Shown piece after piece: positions 13,816 to 25,644 of a stretch of DNA of 64,000 nucleotides. Position 1 is the stretch's first letter, and each line of letters starts with the position of its first letter. The DNA is taken from contig JAUZTB010000068.1 in the NCBI GenBank assembly GCA_034780895.1, forward strand, positions 18,646,565-18,710,564. Direction: 5' to 3'. Source of the stretch: Rhynchobatus australiae (Eukaryota). The notes under the pieces were generated by a model. That model saw nothing but the letters and a program-made list of their open reading frames with translations. It did not search any database and was not told the origin of the DNA. Position numbers and translations under genes: made by a program.

Positions 13816-14379
13816 GATTGGTGTTGAATTACCATTAAATCTTTCCTTCACCAAGCAGCATAAGACACTGACCCTCAAAACTGGATAGAACAGTAGAGGA
13901 CTCGCAGGTGTTATTAATGGAGCTATATATATATGATTTCTAACATGGCCCTTGAACTAGATTTTGCATTTACTAATTGGACTCAGGTGGTCTGTTCTGC
14001 TATCATCAGAATGGTTGGTGAATAGACGTTACAAATAAACTCAGTTAAGTAGCAACTGCTTGTGCTTAAAGAAAATTCATATGGTCCCCACTACATAATC
14101 AATATTGCCATGACTTGAATGAGATAAACTACAGGTTATATTTTCTACTAATTGCATTGAAAAACTAGCTTAATATATGATTCAATGGGAATGCAAAATA
14201 TACATGGTTGTGCAAAAGATGGAAATAATTATAGCTAAAACCAAAAAAAAGAAAAAAACCAAAAAAAAGAAAAAGGGAGATAATTGGAGAAACCATCCAT
14301 TTCCTGAAAGGTCCATTCACAAACATGGAAGCTAGCCTAAAGATTGCAAAACACACAAACTTGCAAGTGCTCTGCAACT

Positions 14380-14825
14380 TTGTGGTAACTTGCTCTGATT
14401 TGGTCCCTGCTTTTTGCCTTGCTTTATTATATTGTTCCCTTTCAAATTATACATCACATAATTCTATTTGGAACTTTTTTTAAAAAAAGCTGATTCAAGT
14501 TAATTGTTTTTAATCAGTTCTATATTGATTTGGCTATTGATGTTACAGGTTCCGTGTGAGGTTTCTGTGATATTTCTGATAAAAGTGTTTTTAAAGAAAT
14601 CAATAAAGCAGCAAAGCTAACATTTGAGGACTGTATAGTGAAAAGAACAGGGCACAAAGCTCAGAGCAAAATTCTGAGTCTGTAGAATATGCTGTAGATT
14701 ATGTATGGAATATTGTAAATAATTCCAATCTTGAGGTAACCTGCTCTGATTTGGTCCCTGCTTTTTGTCTTATCTCATTATGTATGTAATACTTTATTCC
14801 CTTTCAAATTATGTATCACATAATT
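14380..14825. repeat. ~85-95-bp diverged direct repeat pair (14380-14463, 14731-14825)
   Basis: GGTAAC.TGCTCTGATTTGGTCCCTGCTTTTTG...TTCCCTTTCAAATTAT...ATCACATAATT occurs twice. Confidence 0.85.
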
Positions 14826-16379
14826 AGAGTCACTGCAGCTTAGGGGTTAGGCTTTGAGGTACAAATAGAGACTGCAGAACCTAGGAGTATTTACATAGGT
14901 GAAGATGAGTCTGTAGTATATTCAAATCCCTAATCATGCAGACAAGTGTCAATATGGGTAGGAATTTCAAATTCTACAATGAGAACCACACTGAAAGTGA
15001 GTTGAAGTGACAGCTTAGCTCAGCAGATTTTCTCAATTTATAATGTTCTCAAACAAAGCAAGAGATATTCAGAAGTCTAACTGAATCAACAATAGATATC
15101 TGATGAAAAATTTGCCTAAAAGTAAGAATGGTTTTGTGGGATGTATTTCCTGACAAGGGTGGGTCACATTTGTCTATTCCAATCCGCTCCTCTGCAAAAC
15201 CCAGTGAAAATGATGTGATGGAACGTAACTGGGTTACAAAACTGCAGGTTTGATTCAGCCATTTAACTCGAGCTTGAAAAAAATCCAACTTAAATAAAAC
15301 TCTCAAACTGCATTATTGGCCACAGGAAATGAAAAACATTGGCAAACCTGGGTGGATTTAGTTTTCATTGCACCATGTGATGAAATTGAGCAGAATTTAT
15401 AAATGCATTTTATCTCAAAGTATATGAGCTGCTGTGCACTGGAAATGAAACCTTACCACTGCTCACTACTGTGTTAAATAGCTAAACTGCAAGCAGAAAA
15501 TGTATCCTTGAAAACACATATTTACTTGTGTACTGACAGCTCTTTTATCACATGGTCACTTTCTCAATCACAACAGATTTCCTACCTTCAGCTTGGCCTT
15601 TCACAGTCTTTCAGTACTGTATTGAACAGACATTGAGCCAATTTCATCAGCCTACAAGGAAAAAAACCAGAGAGGCTGAATACTTTGTTTTTAGAAGACT
15701 GCTTCCTGCAGTCATAATTTGCTCCAGTTTAAACAGCCATAGCCTCAGGCTGCCCACTGATATGTCTCATTGACAAAAGAATACATCTTCCAAATTGGAC
15801 AACATAGGTCTGATGCTTTCCATTCAGTTTACTAACCTGATGATCTTGCTCGATTTAAAGAGAAGTACTTGAGTCTCATTGTTGCCTCAAGTGTGAGAGA
15901 TGACATTATGTTTTCTGTGATCTTGATGCTTTGCTGCTTTCAATAAGACCTCTTGGCAGTGTGGATCGAAGGGCATTTCTGTAAGATATGCAATGGGAGA
16001 CACATGCACATATCGGTTGTGAGTCTCACTTGCTGGGTGGGGGGGGGGGAGGGGCGGGGTGTTGTGGAATAAAATGACATTTTGAACATGGGTATTAGCA
16101 CCAATTGAGGTCATTGGCAATGCAATGATTCTGCAACAGCAGTCGAGACACGCCATAACCAATTAATTGAAATCAAAGAGAACTTAGGTGGAAGCAGGTA
16201 GTAACAGAATTAAGATAGAGGTGGCTGACTTTCTGGGCAACTTTGGCACTATTTTTACTGAGGGCTGGATTTAGGCGTCCTGGCTTCCCACCAAATCAGA
16301 GCCTCAACAATCTCTGCAAACTTTCATTCTGTAATCTGGTTAAGGCCTTGATGCTATTAAACTCTTATGTCCTTATGAC

Positions 16380-16720
16380 AGAGGAGGCAGCCATTTTGGC
16401 CCATCGAGTCAATGGCAACTTGTGTAAGAATCCCATTCCCTGACTGGTTTTCCCTGTACCTTATTCTCTCCACAGTTCCATCAACTCCACCCTCCCCATT
16501 GTATCCACTACCACCCCCCTCCCCACCAAGTTAGATTTTATTTCTGACCTATATATTAGGGGCAAATTGCAAAGGCCAATTAACCCGCAATCCTTGGAAC
16601 ATGGGGGAAACTAGAGCACCCAGAGGAAACACATGCAGTCACAGGGAGAATGTATAAATTCTCCACGGACAGCACCGGACCCCAGGATTGAACCCGGGTG
16701 GCTGAAGTTGCGGCCATGTG
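16380..16720 (-). mobile_element. V-SINE, reverse orientation
   Basis: GGGGGAAACTAGAGCACCCAGAGGAAACACATGCAGTCACAGGGAGAA...GGATTGAACCCGGG is the reverse complement of head plus V domain. Confidence 0.7.
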
Positions 16721-17391
16721 CCATTTAATGGCTAGGGTTGCATGTGGTGCTGCAAAAGAAAGATTATTCTATTGGAGCCCAGAAGAATCAAGTATGCTTC
16801 CAGCATCCTGCACCCTCATCTCACCACAACCCTGTTGTCTCACCCAATAACCTGCACTGGGATGCAGGTAGGTAGTTCAAGGGATGACTACAATAAAGAG
16901 GTCACCCTTCAAGCCATATGGGGTGGTTGGCTGGTGCATACTGCTGTTTAGCTACCTGTTAGTTAAAATGAATTGCAAGGTAGTTAAAAAGTTCTAAAAC
17001 TGCTATACAAGTCTTTTTCAATAACTTTATGTAAAAACATAGCACTATTAGGATATTGCCTTAAAAAGAACATTAAATGGAGACCAGGATAAAAAGAAAA
17101 ATCCATCTATGGATCAGCTGATGCACATTTTTGATCCTGTAGATTAGATTAATTGTTCAGTTTCTTTATGAATCTAGAGATAATGGAATATTCAACAAGC
17201 AATTATTGGCAATCTATTTATATAATAGATCTTTATATTATTTATTCACAGCTATACTGCATATTGAAGGCTGACTGGCTGAAAGAATCCTAGATTATTA
17301 TGAACCAGAGTAGGGATTCTCTAAACTATGCACTGTGATCCCAAATATAGTTACAACATTTGTTAATGGGGTTGACAGCAACAGTTACATA

Positions 17392-18014
17392 CACACACCG
17401 CAATGCCTCAGAATCAAACCCCTGCACCCCCAACATCATGGTTAAACTACATTTCTCACACTCATTCCCTCAACAGTCCTCATGGCACACAAGTGAAGGC
17501 CACCTACCTACTGTGGCAACGTCCTACACCTACAGAAAACAGCACTTGCACCGAACTCTTGCTGTGATGCGAGCTTCTGGACAAGACTCCTTAGGGTGGA
17601 AGGGGGGAGATGGGAAGAGTGATGGCTGTGGGAGAGAGGTAATGGAAAGAGAAAAATAATCAGAATGAGAAAGAGGAAAGGAGACAGGTGGTAGCAGTGG
17701 TTAACTGTTGAAATAGCAAGAGACATTGGGAAAGACAGAAGGCAGGAAAGAGAAAAGGCTGTAGAGGAAGAGAAAAAAGTAGTGGGGTAGAGTTGGGGGA
17801 TGGGGAAGTGAAGGTGTATTTATCTTTATTGGACAGTAGGAGCCCCTGACAGAGAAAAGGGAAAAAAAAACAACCTTGAATTGCCCCCACCATCTTCCCA
17901 TTCACACACACCACAATGCCTCAGAATCAAACCCCCGCACCCCCAACATCATGGTTAAACTACACTTCTCACACTCATTACCTCAACAGTCCTCATGGCA
18001 CAAAAGCGAAAGCC
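17392..18014. repeat. ~110-bp direct repeat pair (17392-17501, 17903-18014) around a purine-rich core
   Basis: CAATGCCTCAGAATCAAACCCC...CATCATGGTTAAACTACA...CCTCAACAGTCCTCATGGCACA occurs twice with few differences. Confidence 0.9.
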
Positions 18015-18369
18015 TTTAATGGGCTGGGGTATCTTTTATCAAGAAAAATAAGGTACAAGCCTGTGGGAGTCTACATATGCAGATTGTGGAATCAGCCTAA
18101 TTCAGATGATACTATGCATATACTCAGTGGGTGCACACTCACTACTGAGTTAGTGGTAGTCAGTTTGGCACCCATTCCAATGACAAACACAAAAATCAAG
18201 GCTGAAACTCTAGTTCAGTACTGCTATAATGTCAGAGGTCTCAAGTGTTTTTCAAAAAAATTACTGCTAGGAGTTTGCTTAATATCTGCTCATTGGCAGA
18301 TTGGTATGCGTGTACCTTGCTCTGCACCAGTTATTATATTGCTGGATTGTGGAAATGAGAAAAGAACTA

Positions 18370-18470
18370 ACAAAAGTTCTTGGACCTGAAACGCTAAGAT
18401 GCTACCTGACATTCTGAGAATTTCCAGCATTTTCTGCTTTTATTTGGATTTCCAGCATCTGCAGTTTTTT
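18370..18470 (+). mobile_element. Degenerate Penelope-type short element
   Basis: GGACCTGAAACGCTAA...TTTCCAGCATCTGCAG. Confidence 0.55.
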
Positions 18471-18989
18471 TTTCTCATTTTCATTTGCTGGTGTGCTGTT
18501 TTGATATGCGTACCTTCTGGGGTATTGTGAAAGTATTTTGGAAAATTGTTTGGGAAGCCCTGGAGTGAGAAACCACATGGGAATCCAGTCTACCAACATG
18601 CAAGATTTACTCCCCCAAACTGTGCATGAACCCATTTCTAACCACATTAAACAAAAGGCCCTGAAGCAACAGGATTATGAATTCCTCGACAGGAAATTAT
18701 GCTCAAAATCATGAAGGACAACTTTACTTGACTATCACAGAGGTAGCACTAACAGAATATTGCATGACAACTCAATAGGGCAAGAGCAACATTCATTTTC
18801 TTTCCATTCCTCTCTTCAGATTGAAGTAGCCCTATCATAGCAAAGTGACTGAGAAAGCCATACTTAAGATGTAGAGCTGGGGGTAGTTTGATGAGGCAAC
18901 AATCCACTTTTGGTGAGATGCACAATGCAACAATGGTGGCATTTGGTACTGATATTATTGTCACTTGTACCTGGATACAAGGCTCCCTG

Positions 18990-19082
18990 TAATAAAAGCA
19001 GAAAATGCTGGAAAGCACTCAGGTCAGATTGCATCTTACAGGAAAAGATAACATTATAGGTCAAGGACTTTACAACAGAACG
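18990..19082 (-). mobile_element. Degenerate Penelope-type short element
   Basis: AAAAGCAGAAAATGCTGGAAAGCACTCAGGTCAG. Confidence 0.5.
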
Positions 19083-19399
19083 GAATGATGTTTGGCAAAG
19101 GGACAAGTGCTAGGATTAAACATTTTGAGGCGAGAAACAAACACAGTAAACCGAGAGGCACACATATAGTCCCAACGCAAGGAATAGCTGAAGTAAAAAT
19201 CAGAATCGGACAAGGTACAAAGATTATCCATTGATGCACATACTGTGGTAAATAAAGTTGGTGAACCACAGGTATGTTATNNNNNNNNNNNNNNNNNNNN
19301 NNNNNNNNNNNNNNNNNNNNNNNNNNNNNNNNNNNNNNNNNNNNNNNNNNNNNNNNNNNNNNNNNNNNNNNNNNNNNNNNCACAGGTATGTTATGTGGT

Positions 19400-20270
19400 G
19401 TAATGATTTGGGGTAATATTAGAATTCTGGCTCAAAGAAAGGAAATTTGAGAGAAAATATTCCTACCATCGAATTATTCAGTAAAGACAAGGACTATGCA
19501 TTTCTGAATAGGATTTTAGGTGGTGCCAGCATTGGTCAAAGAAGTGATCACACACTGAAACTGGTTACTGCAGTAGTGTGGCTTTATGAAGTTTCCTGTC
19601 CTAAATAAGTCAAATAAACAGGATATCATGATGGTTAAGTTACTGGATGACTAACTATACAGTCCAAGTCTCTGGTTCAGTCCAACCACAATTCAATTAA
19701 ATAAATTGGAAGGGACAAAAATCACAATTTAAAGCCGGAATAATGATCAGAAACTTGCTGTTTGACATAAAAACCTATCTGGTTCACCTGAGCCTTCGCA
19801 AGTAGGGATGGCCAATAAATACATTGATTGCCATTGACGTCGGCATCCCACAAACAAAGAAAAAAATTAGGTCAAGGATGCAGAATTGATTTTCAAACAA
19901 TGACAGCACAATCCTCCCGGAGTTGAATTAGCTCTTGCAAAATAAGGTCACTGCAACAGAATCTGATACTTAATTATAATTAGGAATAACCGTGTAGATA
20001 CCGTAGGTCAACAACTAATGGCAAAGAGAAAAGGGATCAACTTTGCAGCTAAGTTGCAGAAATATGCAAACAGAGTATAAATAATGGAGAACTTCAATTA
20101 CCTAATGTAGACAGGGCTGGCACAATGTTAAAAAAAGGGGGTAGGAATTCCTAAAATTTGAACAGAAGAAATGTCCTGGATCAACATCATCCCAGCATAA
20201 TAAAAATGGTTCTAATTCTGGGTAAGTGAACAGAGGCAAATACTTACCACTGGGTGAGATTTGGGGTATA
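19400..20270 (+). mobile_element. Degenerate CR1 ORF2 endonuclease remnant
   Basis: ATAATGGAGAACTTCAATTACCTAAT resembles the MGDFNYPN motif; stops and frameshifts throughout. Confidence 0.45.
19625..19866 (+). mobile_element. LF-SINE-like element, internally deleted, inside a CR1 remnant
   Basis: TAAAAACCTATCTGGTTCAC...AGGGATGGCCAATAAAT...CATCCCACAAACAAAGAAAAAAA. Confidence 0.5.
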
Positions 20271-21429
20271 GGAGTCAGGGCAGATCTTCTGTTACCCCAT
20301 ATTTGCTGTTTGCCTGCCCCTGTGCTTTGTTACTTGTTCCAGTGTGGCCCCTGGCAAAGTCTTGTCAAAGTTGGGAGCCTGGCTCACAGCACTCTGGCAT
20401 GGCTGAGCGGAGTAAGGGAAATGGCTCAGCATTGTCAGCCTCATTGAAGCACTTTAACAACCGTGCTCCCAAACCGTCAAAACGGTCTGTGCAGTCAGGC
20501 TATTGGGTGATTGTAAATTTCTGACATTAAAGATTTCAATTTAAAAGAACTAAACAAAAATATTCTTAGACTCAAAATCAATTTAAATAAAAGTAGCTTT
20601 GATTAGTTGATGTCTCCCATTTATATGATCATGGACTGTTGAATTTACACCAGGTTTAACCCAGTAAAGGCTCAGCGTAGTTCCAGGAAGCCTCTGGAAT
20701 ATTGCTCTGCCCACTGCAGCAGCTGCAAGCTGGTGGTAGCAGCAGGGTGGACATTGCCCCTGCTGCCTTATGCAAATGTCAGCAAAGTTAACTAGGACCT
20801 GGTGGAATACCTGGGCATCAATAATTGGCAGGGAAAATAATATTAGGAAACCTTCAAAGGGATGGTTCAAAGCACAGGACAGTTACATTTGCATGGCCAA
20901 GATGGAAAGAGAATTTCAAGTTAGAGTTCCCACTAAAAAAAAGGAATGTTTCTGTTTACTTTTAATCTAACTTTGTTCATTAATTTACGACAACCATGCA
21001 GGACAGACATTACCTAGCAGATCTGAAAAGAGAAAGGGGTAGAGAGAATACAATAGAATTGTAACTAACGTATGTGTGAATTCAACTTTTACAAAATGTA
21101 AAAGGTACAGAAAGACTTAGTGACCAAAAAAAAGACATTTCATGGAGTCAGAGGGCATTAGTCTTTTCATTTATCTCCAGTGAAGACTCATGTCACAGTA
21201 AAAGGAGGCAGATATTGGTAGCATAAGAAAGGGGCTATATCTAAAAAGCCACCAGCCCCAAGTACTGAGAGTCGGGAAAAAAATTATATAGATTTTGGCC
21301 ACAATCTTTCAGTCCTTAGTTTGTAATTACATTTACTTTTAAATTACAAAGCAAAAGGAGTGGAAAACTTTTAATGTTATACGATAGCTCAAAAAATTGT
21401 TCTGATCTTCAATAGAAGAGTGTAAGAAA

Positions 21430-22800
21430 TACAGACCATAAAAAAATAAGCCACTTAGCCCATCAAGCTGGCACCATCATTCAATGTGATCATGACTGAT
21501 CTGTCCCAGGCCTCATTTCCCTCAGTGCCAGTTCCCCATAACCCTCAATTCCCTGATCTTTCAGAAATGTATCTACTTCCTCTTTAAAAACCCTCCACAA
21601 CCCTCTGAAATAGAGAATTCCAGAGATTGACTGCCCTTTGTGAGAAGTTGCAAAGCACCTCAATTTTAAATGATCACCCCTTGTAACTATGTCTCCTTTT
21701 TCAAGATTCTTTCACTCATGGAAACATCTTGAACATCTACCCTCTCTTACTCCCCACCCCCCACCAAGGACCTCCTGTTTCAGTAAGATCACCCCTTATT
21801 CTTCTAAACTCCACAACAAAGATCTAATTTTTTTAGTCCCTCATGGTAACACAACCCTCTCATCACAGGAATTAGCCAAGTGAATCTCTTTTGGACTGCC
21901 TCCAATACCAGTATATCCTTTCTTAAATAAGGGGACCAAAGCTGTACACAGAGCTTCAGGTGCGGCCTCACCAGTCTGGGGGCGGCACAGCGGCTTAGCG
22001 GTTAGCGTAATGCTATTACAGCACCAGTGATCAGGTTTCAATTCCTGCCACTGTGTGCAAGAAGTTTGTACGCTCTCCCCGTAACTGCATGAGTTTCCTC
22101 AGGGTGCTCTGGTTTCCTCCCGCATTCTGAAGATGTACAGGTTAGTAGATTGACATGGGTGTAATCGGGCAGTGCGGGCTCGTTGGGCCGCAAGGGTCTG
22201 TTACCATGCTATATAAATAATGTTTAAAAAAGGTACATTGTACGTTTGTGATAATACTGCTCCATTTCTAAATTCCAACCCTCTTACAACATAGACCAAT
22301 CTGCAATTTGCCTTCCTAATCACCTGCTGCACCTGGCTAACATTTTGCAATTCCTGCACAAGAACACCTAGATCCCCCTCTGTACCTCACACATCTGCAG
22401 TCTACCTCCATTTAGATAATGGTCTGTCTTTAAGTTCCTCATACCAAAGTACCTGACCTCAATGTTCCCACGAGACTCCATTTGCTAATATTTCCTCCAC
22501 TCACTCAACCCGTGTCCTGTTCCAAATATCCTCATCGTACAGTGCCCTCTCACCTATTTTCATGCGACCACCAAACTTGGATACCTTACATCTGGCCTCT
22601 CCTCCAGGTAATTAATATAAAGCTTAGAGAGCCCAGAACTGATCCTTGGGGTACTTTTCTAACTACATCCAGCCAGCCAGAAAGAGACCCGCTTATTCTG
22701 ACATTCTGTCTCCTATGCGATAGCCAATATTCAATACTAACACACTTTCCTTAACACCATGAGCTCTGATCTTGAGAACCATCTTTTATGTAGCACCTTG
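21430..22800 (-). mobile_element. Old CR1 LINE remnant, interrupted by a V-SINE
   Basis: Reverse CR1 tail at ~21435 and degenerate RT-region sequence (CCCAGAACTGATCCTTGGGGTAC, VPQGSVLG-like). Confidence 0.65.
21978..22231 (+). mobile_element. tRNA-derived V-SINE (HE1-like) with CR1-type tail, nested in a CR1 remnant
   Basis: tRNA-like head with B box GTTTCAATTCC, V domain GGTGCTCTGGTTTCCTCCC, tail GTTGGGCCGCAAGGGTCTGTTACCATGCTATA. Confidence 0.8.
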
Positions 22801-23824
22801 TCAAATGGAGACCAGGATATGACCTGTTCATAAAACAGCAGGAAAATAACTGATAGGTGCCTCAGCCATAGCCCTTTGCCATCAAGAGAATGTTTCTGAC
22901 ATTCAAAAACATTTATAGTTTGAAACTTTTTAAACATTTTTAAAAGTTAGGAAAATTAGAAATAATTTAATCAGTTAATTAAAAAAAAATTACATTGAGC
23001 TTTGAAGCTTTTTATCCTCTATTGAAAGAAATGTAAAAACTGTCCATGTGCCAGGTCCAAACTGGCAGATTATCTGGATTCCCCCAGCATGATGCAGATT
23101 TGCTACAAGTTCGTTCTCATTTGGAGAAACTCTACAGAGCACTACTTCAGTCAGCTAACAAGAGTTGGGACTTCCACATTCAAGTGGAAATCCTTCAGTT
23201 CTTGAGAGTTACGCAGGAAACTGCCAAAATTTCACCACAAAATCTGGGCCAATGTGGAAAATAAGGTCAGGATCAAGGTTCTTGAGTGCAGCAAAGTGTT
23301 TGCCTCATCTGAGTTTCTCTAATGCACAGGGGTCTTTCCGCAATGTGGTCAGCTTAACAATATTTGACAGCAAGGAATAATGTAAGAGTGGATGGTCCGA
23401 CACTACTTTCTTTTACAAAATATTTAATAAAATTAATACTCCACTTTTTCAGAGAAATGACTGTATTATCCTAATCTTAATTGCCAGCCACTGCTCTGTT
23501 ACAGCAATTTCACCTCGAGTTTGAAGCAATGGGGTTCATTTCCCATTCTTAAAATATGAACACAATCAAAAATAGTATTTACACTGTAGCATCATCAAAA
23601 GGAGCTACTTTTAAACTAGCACATATCTAACCGACCTACTTAAATGGATGTGAATGTTTTTGACACAAGGAAAGAACATTAGGGCACAAAGACGATCATT
23701 TCTCCCTTTATCCACAAGATAAAAACAAATTCATTCATCTCAGTGCCATTTGTGGGACTTCACTGTGGACAAACTACCAGCTACCCTAGGCTGCATTACA
23801 AGCATTGATATATGGAAACAATTT

Positions 23825-24358
23825 AGAACATAGAAAAACTACGGCACAATTCAGGCCCTTTGGCCCACAAAGCTGTGCCGAACACGTCCCTACCCTAGAA
23901 ATTACTNNNNNNNNNNNNNNNNNNNNNNNNNNNNNNNNNNNNNNNNNNNNNNNNNNNNNNNNNNNNNNNNNNNNNNNNNNNNNNNNNNNNNNNNNNNNNN
24001 NNNNNNTAGAATGCCTTAGGGTTCTCCTTAATCCTACTCGCCAAGGCCTTCTCATGTCCCCTTCTGGCTCTCCTAATCTCTTTGTTAAGTTTCTTCCTTT
24101 TAGCCTTATAGTCTTCCAGATCGCTTACCTTACGTAGCTTTCTGTATCTTTTGCGTGCTTTTCTTTTCCTTTTGACTAGATTTATATCCTTCGTACACCA
24201 CCGTTCCTGTATCCTCCCGTGACTCCCCTGCCTCAACGGAACATGTCTATGCAGAGCTCTACATAAATACACCCTGAATATTCGCAACATATCTTCCGTA
24301 CTTTTCCCAGAGAACATCTGCTCCCAACTTAATCTTCCAATTTCCTGCCTGAGAGCCT
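23825..24358 (-). mobile_element. Relatively young CR1 LINE (3' end plus ORF2 fragment across a 100-N gap), inserted in a Deu-SINE
   Basis: ORF 23895..24317 contains the CR1 ORF2 segment KEIRRARRGHEKALASRIKENPKAF; 3' tail AGAACATAGAAAAACTACGGCACA. The host SINE (~23470-23820) resumes at ~24360. Confidence 0.85.
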
Positions 24359-24769
24359 CATTTGTTGGCTATTAAGCACATTGGGACACCATAAGGATAT
24401 AGATGTTAAAACATCTATAGAAATATTCTCTTACCTGGATTGTTTAGTGTTTGAATGCAGTAACAAATTTAACTCTTAGCCTGCACAATGTTTTTACTCA
24501 CAGTATGAGGAACTGGTAAACTCTGATCATAAAGCTGCTTTGCAAATTTGGGAATAAACCACATGGTGCTCTTTATATGTTAATAGGGCAGCAGGTTAGT
24601 ATGGTATGCAAAACCATAGAGTGCCAGCAATGCTTTGGGTAGCACACAAATCTCATTATATGGATAATAAGACAAAAAGATATTTTTAAACTTATTTATA
24701 AGGGTCCAAGACTAATTTACAAATTAACTCGGCGAATCACTATTAGCCAATGACAGGCAATTTCAGTAT

Positions 24770-25310
24770 CTTCTTTGTAAAACTGTTGCTAATAATTCAC
24801 ACACAGCAAGCTCCCAATAACAACTTGATAATGACCTAGCCAATTCAATTCAATTGACTGAGGGACTGGTAACAGCCAGCATAACTCCCTTGCTGATTCC
24901 TGATAAAGGGTCTCGGCTCGAAATGTCAGCTGTTAATTTTCCTCCATGGATGCTGCCTGATCTGCTGAGTTCCTCCAGCACTTTTTGTGTTTTGCTCCAG
25001 ATTCCAGAATCTGCAGAATTTCTTGTAATTCCCTCGCTGTTCTCCTCTGTGATCCACTGACAAAGCCGTAGTTTAATGTCTCACCCGAGAGATGACGCCT
25101 CTGGAAAAGAGTNNNNNNNNNNNNNNNNNNNNNNNNNNNNNNNNNNNNNNNNNNNNNNNNNNNNNNNNNNNNNNNNNNNNNNNNNNNNNNNNNNNNNNNN
25201 NNNNNNNNNNNNAGATGACGCCTCTGGAAAAGAGTGCTCCCTCAGTATGGTAATGCCCAGATTTTTAGGCAGGTTTCTGGAAAAGGGCTTGAACCTATAC
25301 CTCTGACTTA
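24770..25310 (-). mobile_element. Deu-domain SINE, reverse orientation, split by a Penelope-type insertion
   Basis: CACACAGCAAGCTCCCAATAACA...GTTTAATGTCTCACCCGAGAGATGACGCCTC...GTGCTCCCTCAGTA. Confidence 0.55.
24896..25025 (+). mobile_element. Penelope-type ~130-bp monomer inserted in a Deu-SINE
   Basis: CTGATAAAGGGTCTCGGCTCGAAATGTC head; 12/14 TSD at 24882-24895 and 25026-25039. Confidence 0.72.
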
Positions 25311-25644
25311 ACCCTTTACTGTAGCAAACCCATAAAGGAAAAGCCCTTTGCTGTAACCAATAAACTACACCAAAATATATTTTAACTAATTTTAGTAATT
25401 TAGTATTTACATTTCAATTTTTTGCCCCATTTTCTTTAAGCGTAAAGGGTCTATCCTAACATACAGGGGGAGCAAACTCATACAGATATTAAGGTTTTTA
25501 CATACTCGGGTTCCACTTCCTATGCAGCAACCAATTTTGGCCAAAATAGTAATCGTACATTTTAGAACAAAAGGCGTGCACATCATTTGTTGAAAACTAC
25601 AACTCTGCAAGAAAACAAAAAGCCTGTCAAAGGGAAGAAAATTG

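Noticed and set aside
15376-15536. C-box-like GTGATGA with a downstream CTGA
   Set aside because: Intergenic, spacing too long, and no terminal stem or recognisable guide, so not called a snoRNA.
17916-18389. 157-aa plus-strand ORF
   Set aside because: Starts inside a direct-repeat unit and crosses a SINE remnant; no recognisable domain.
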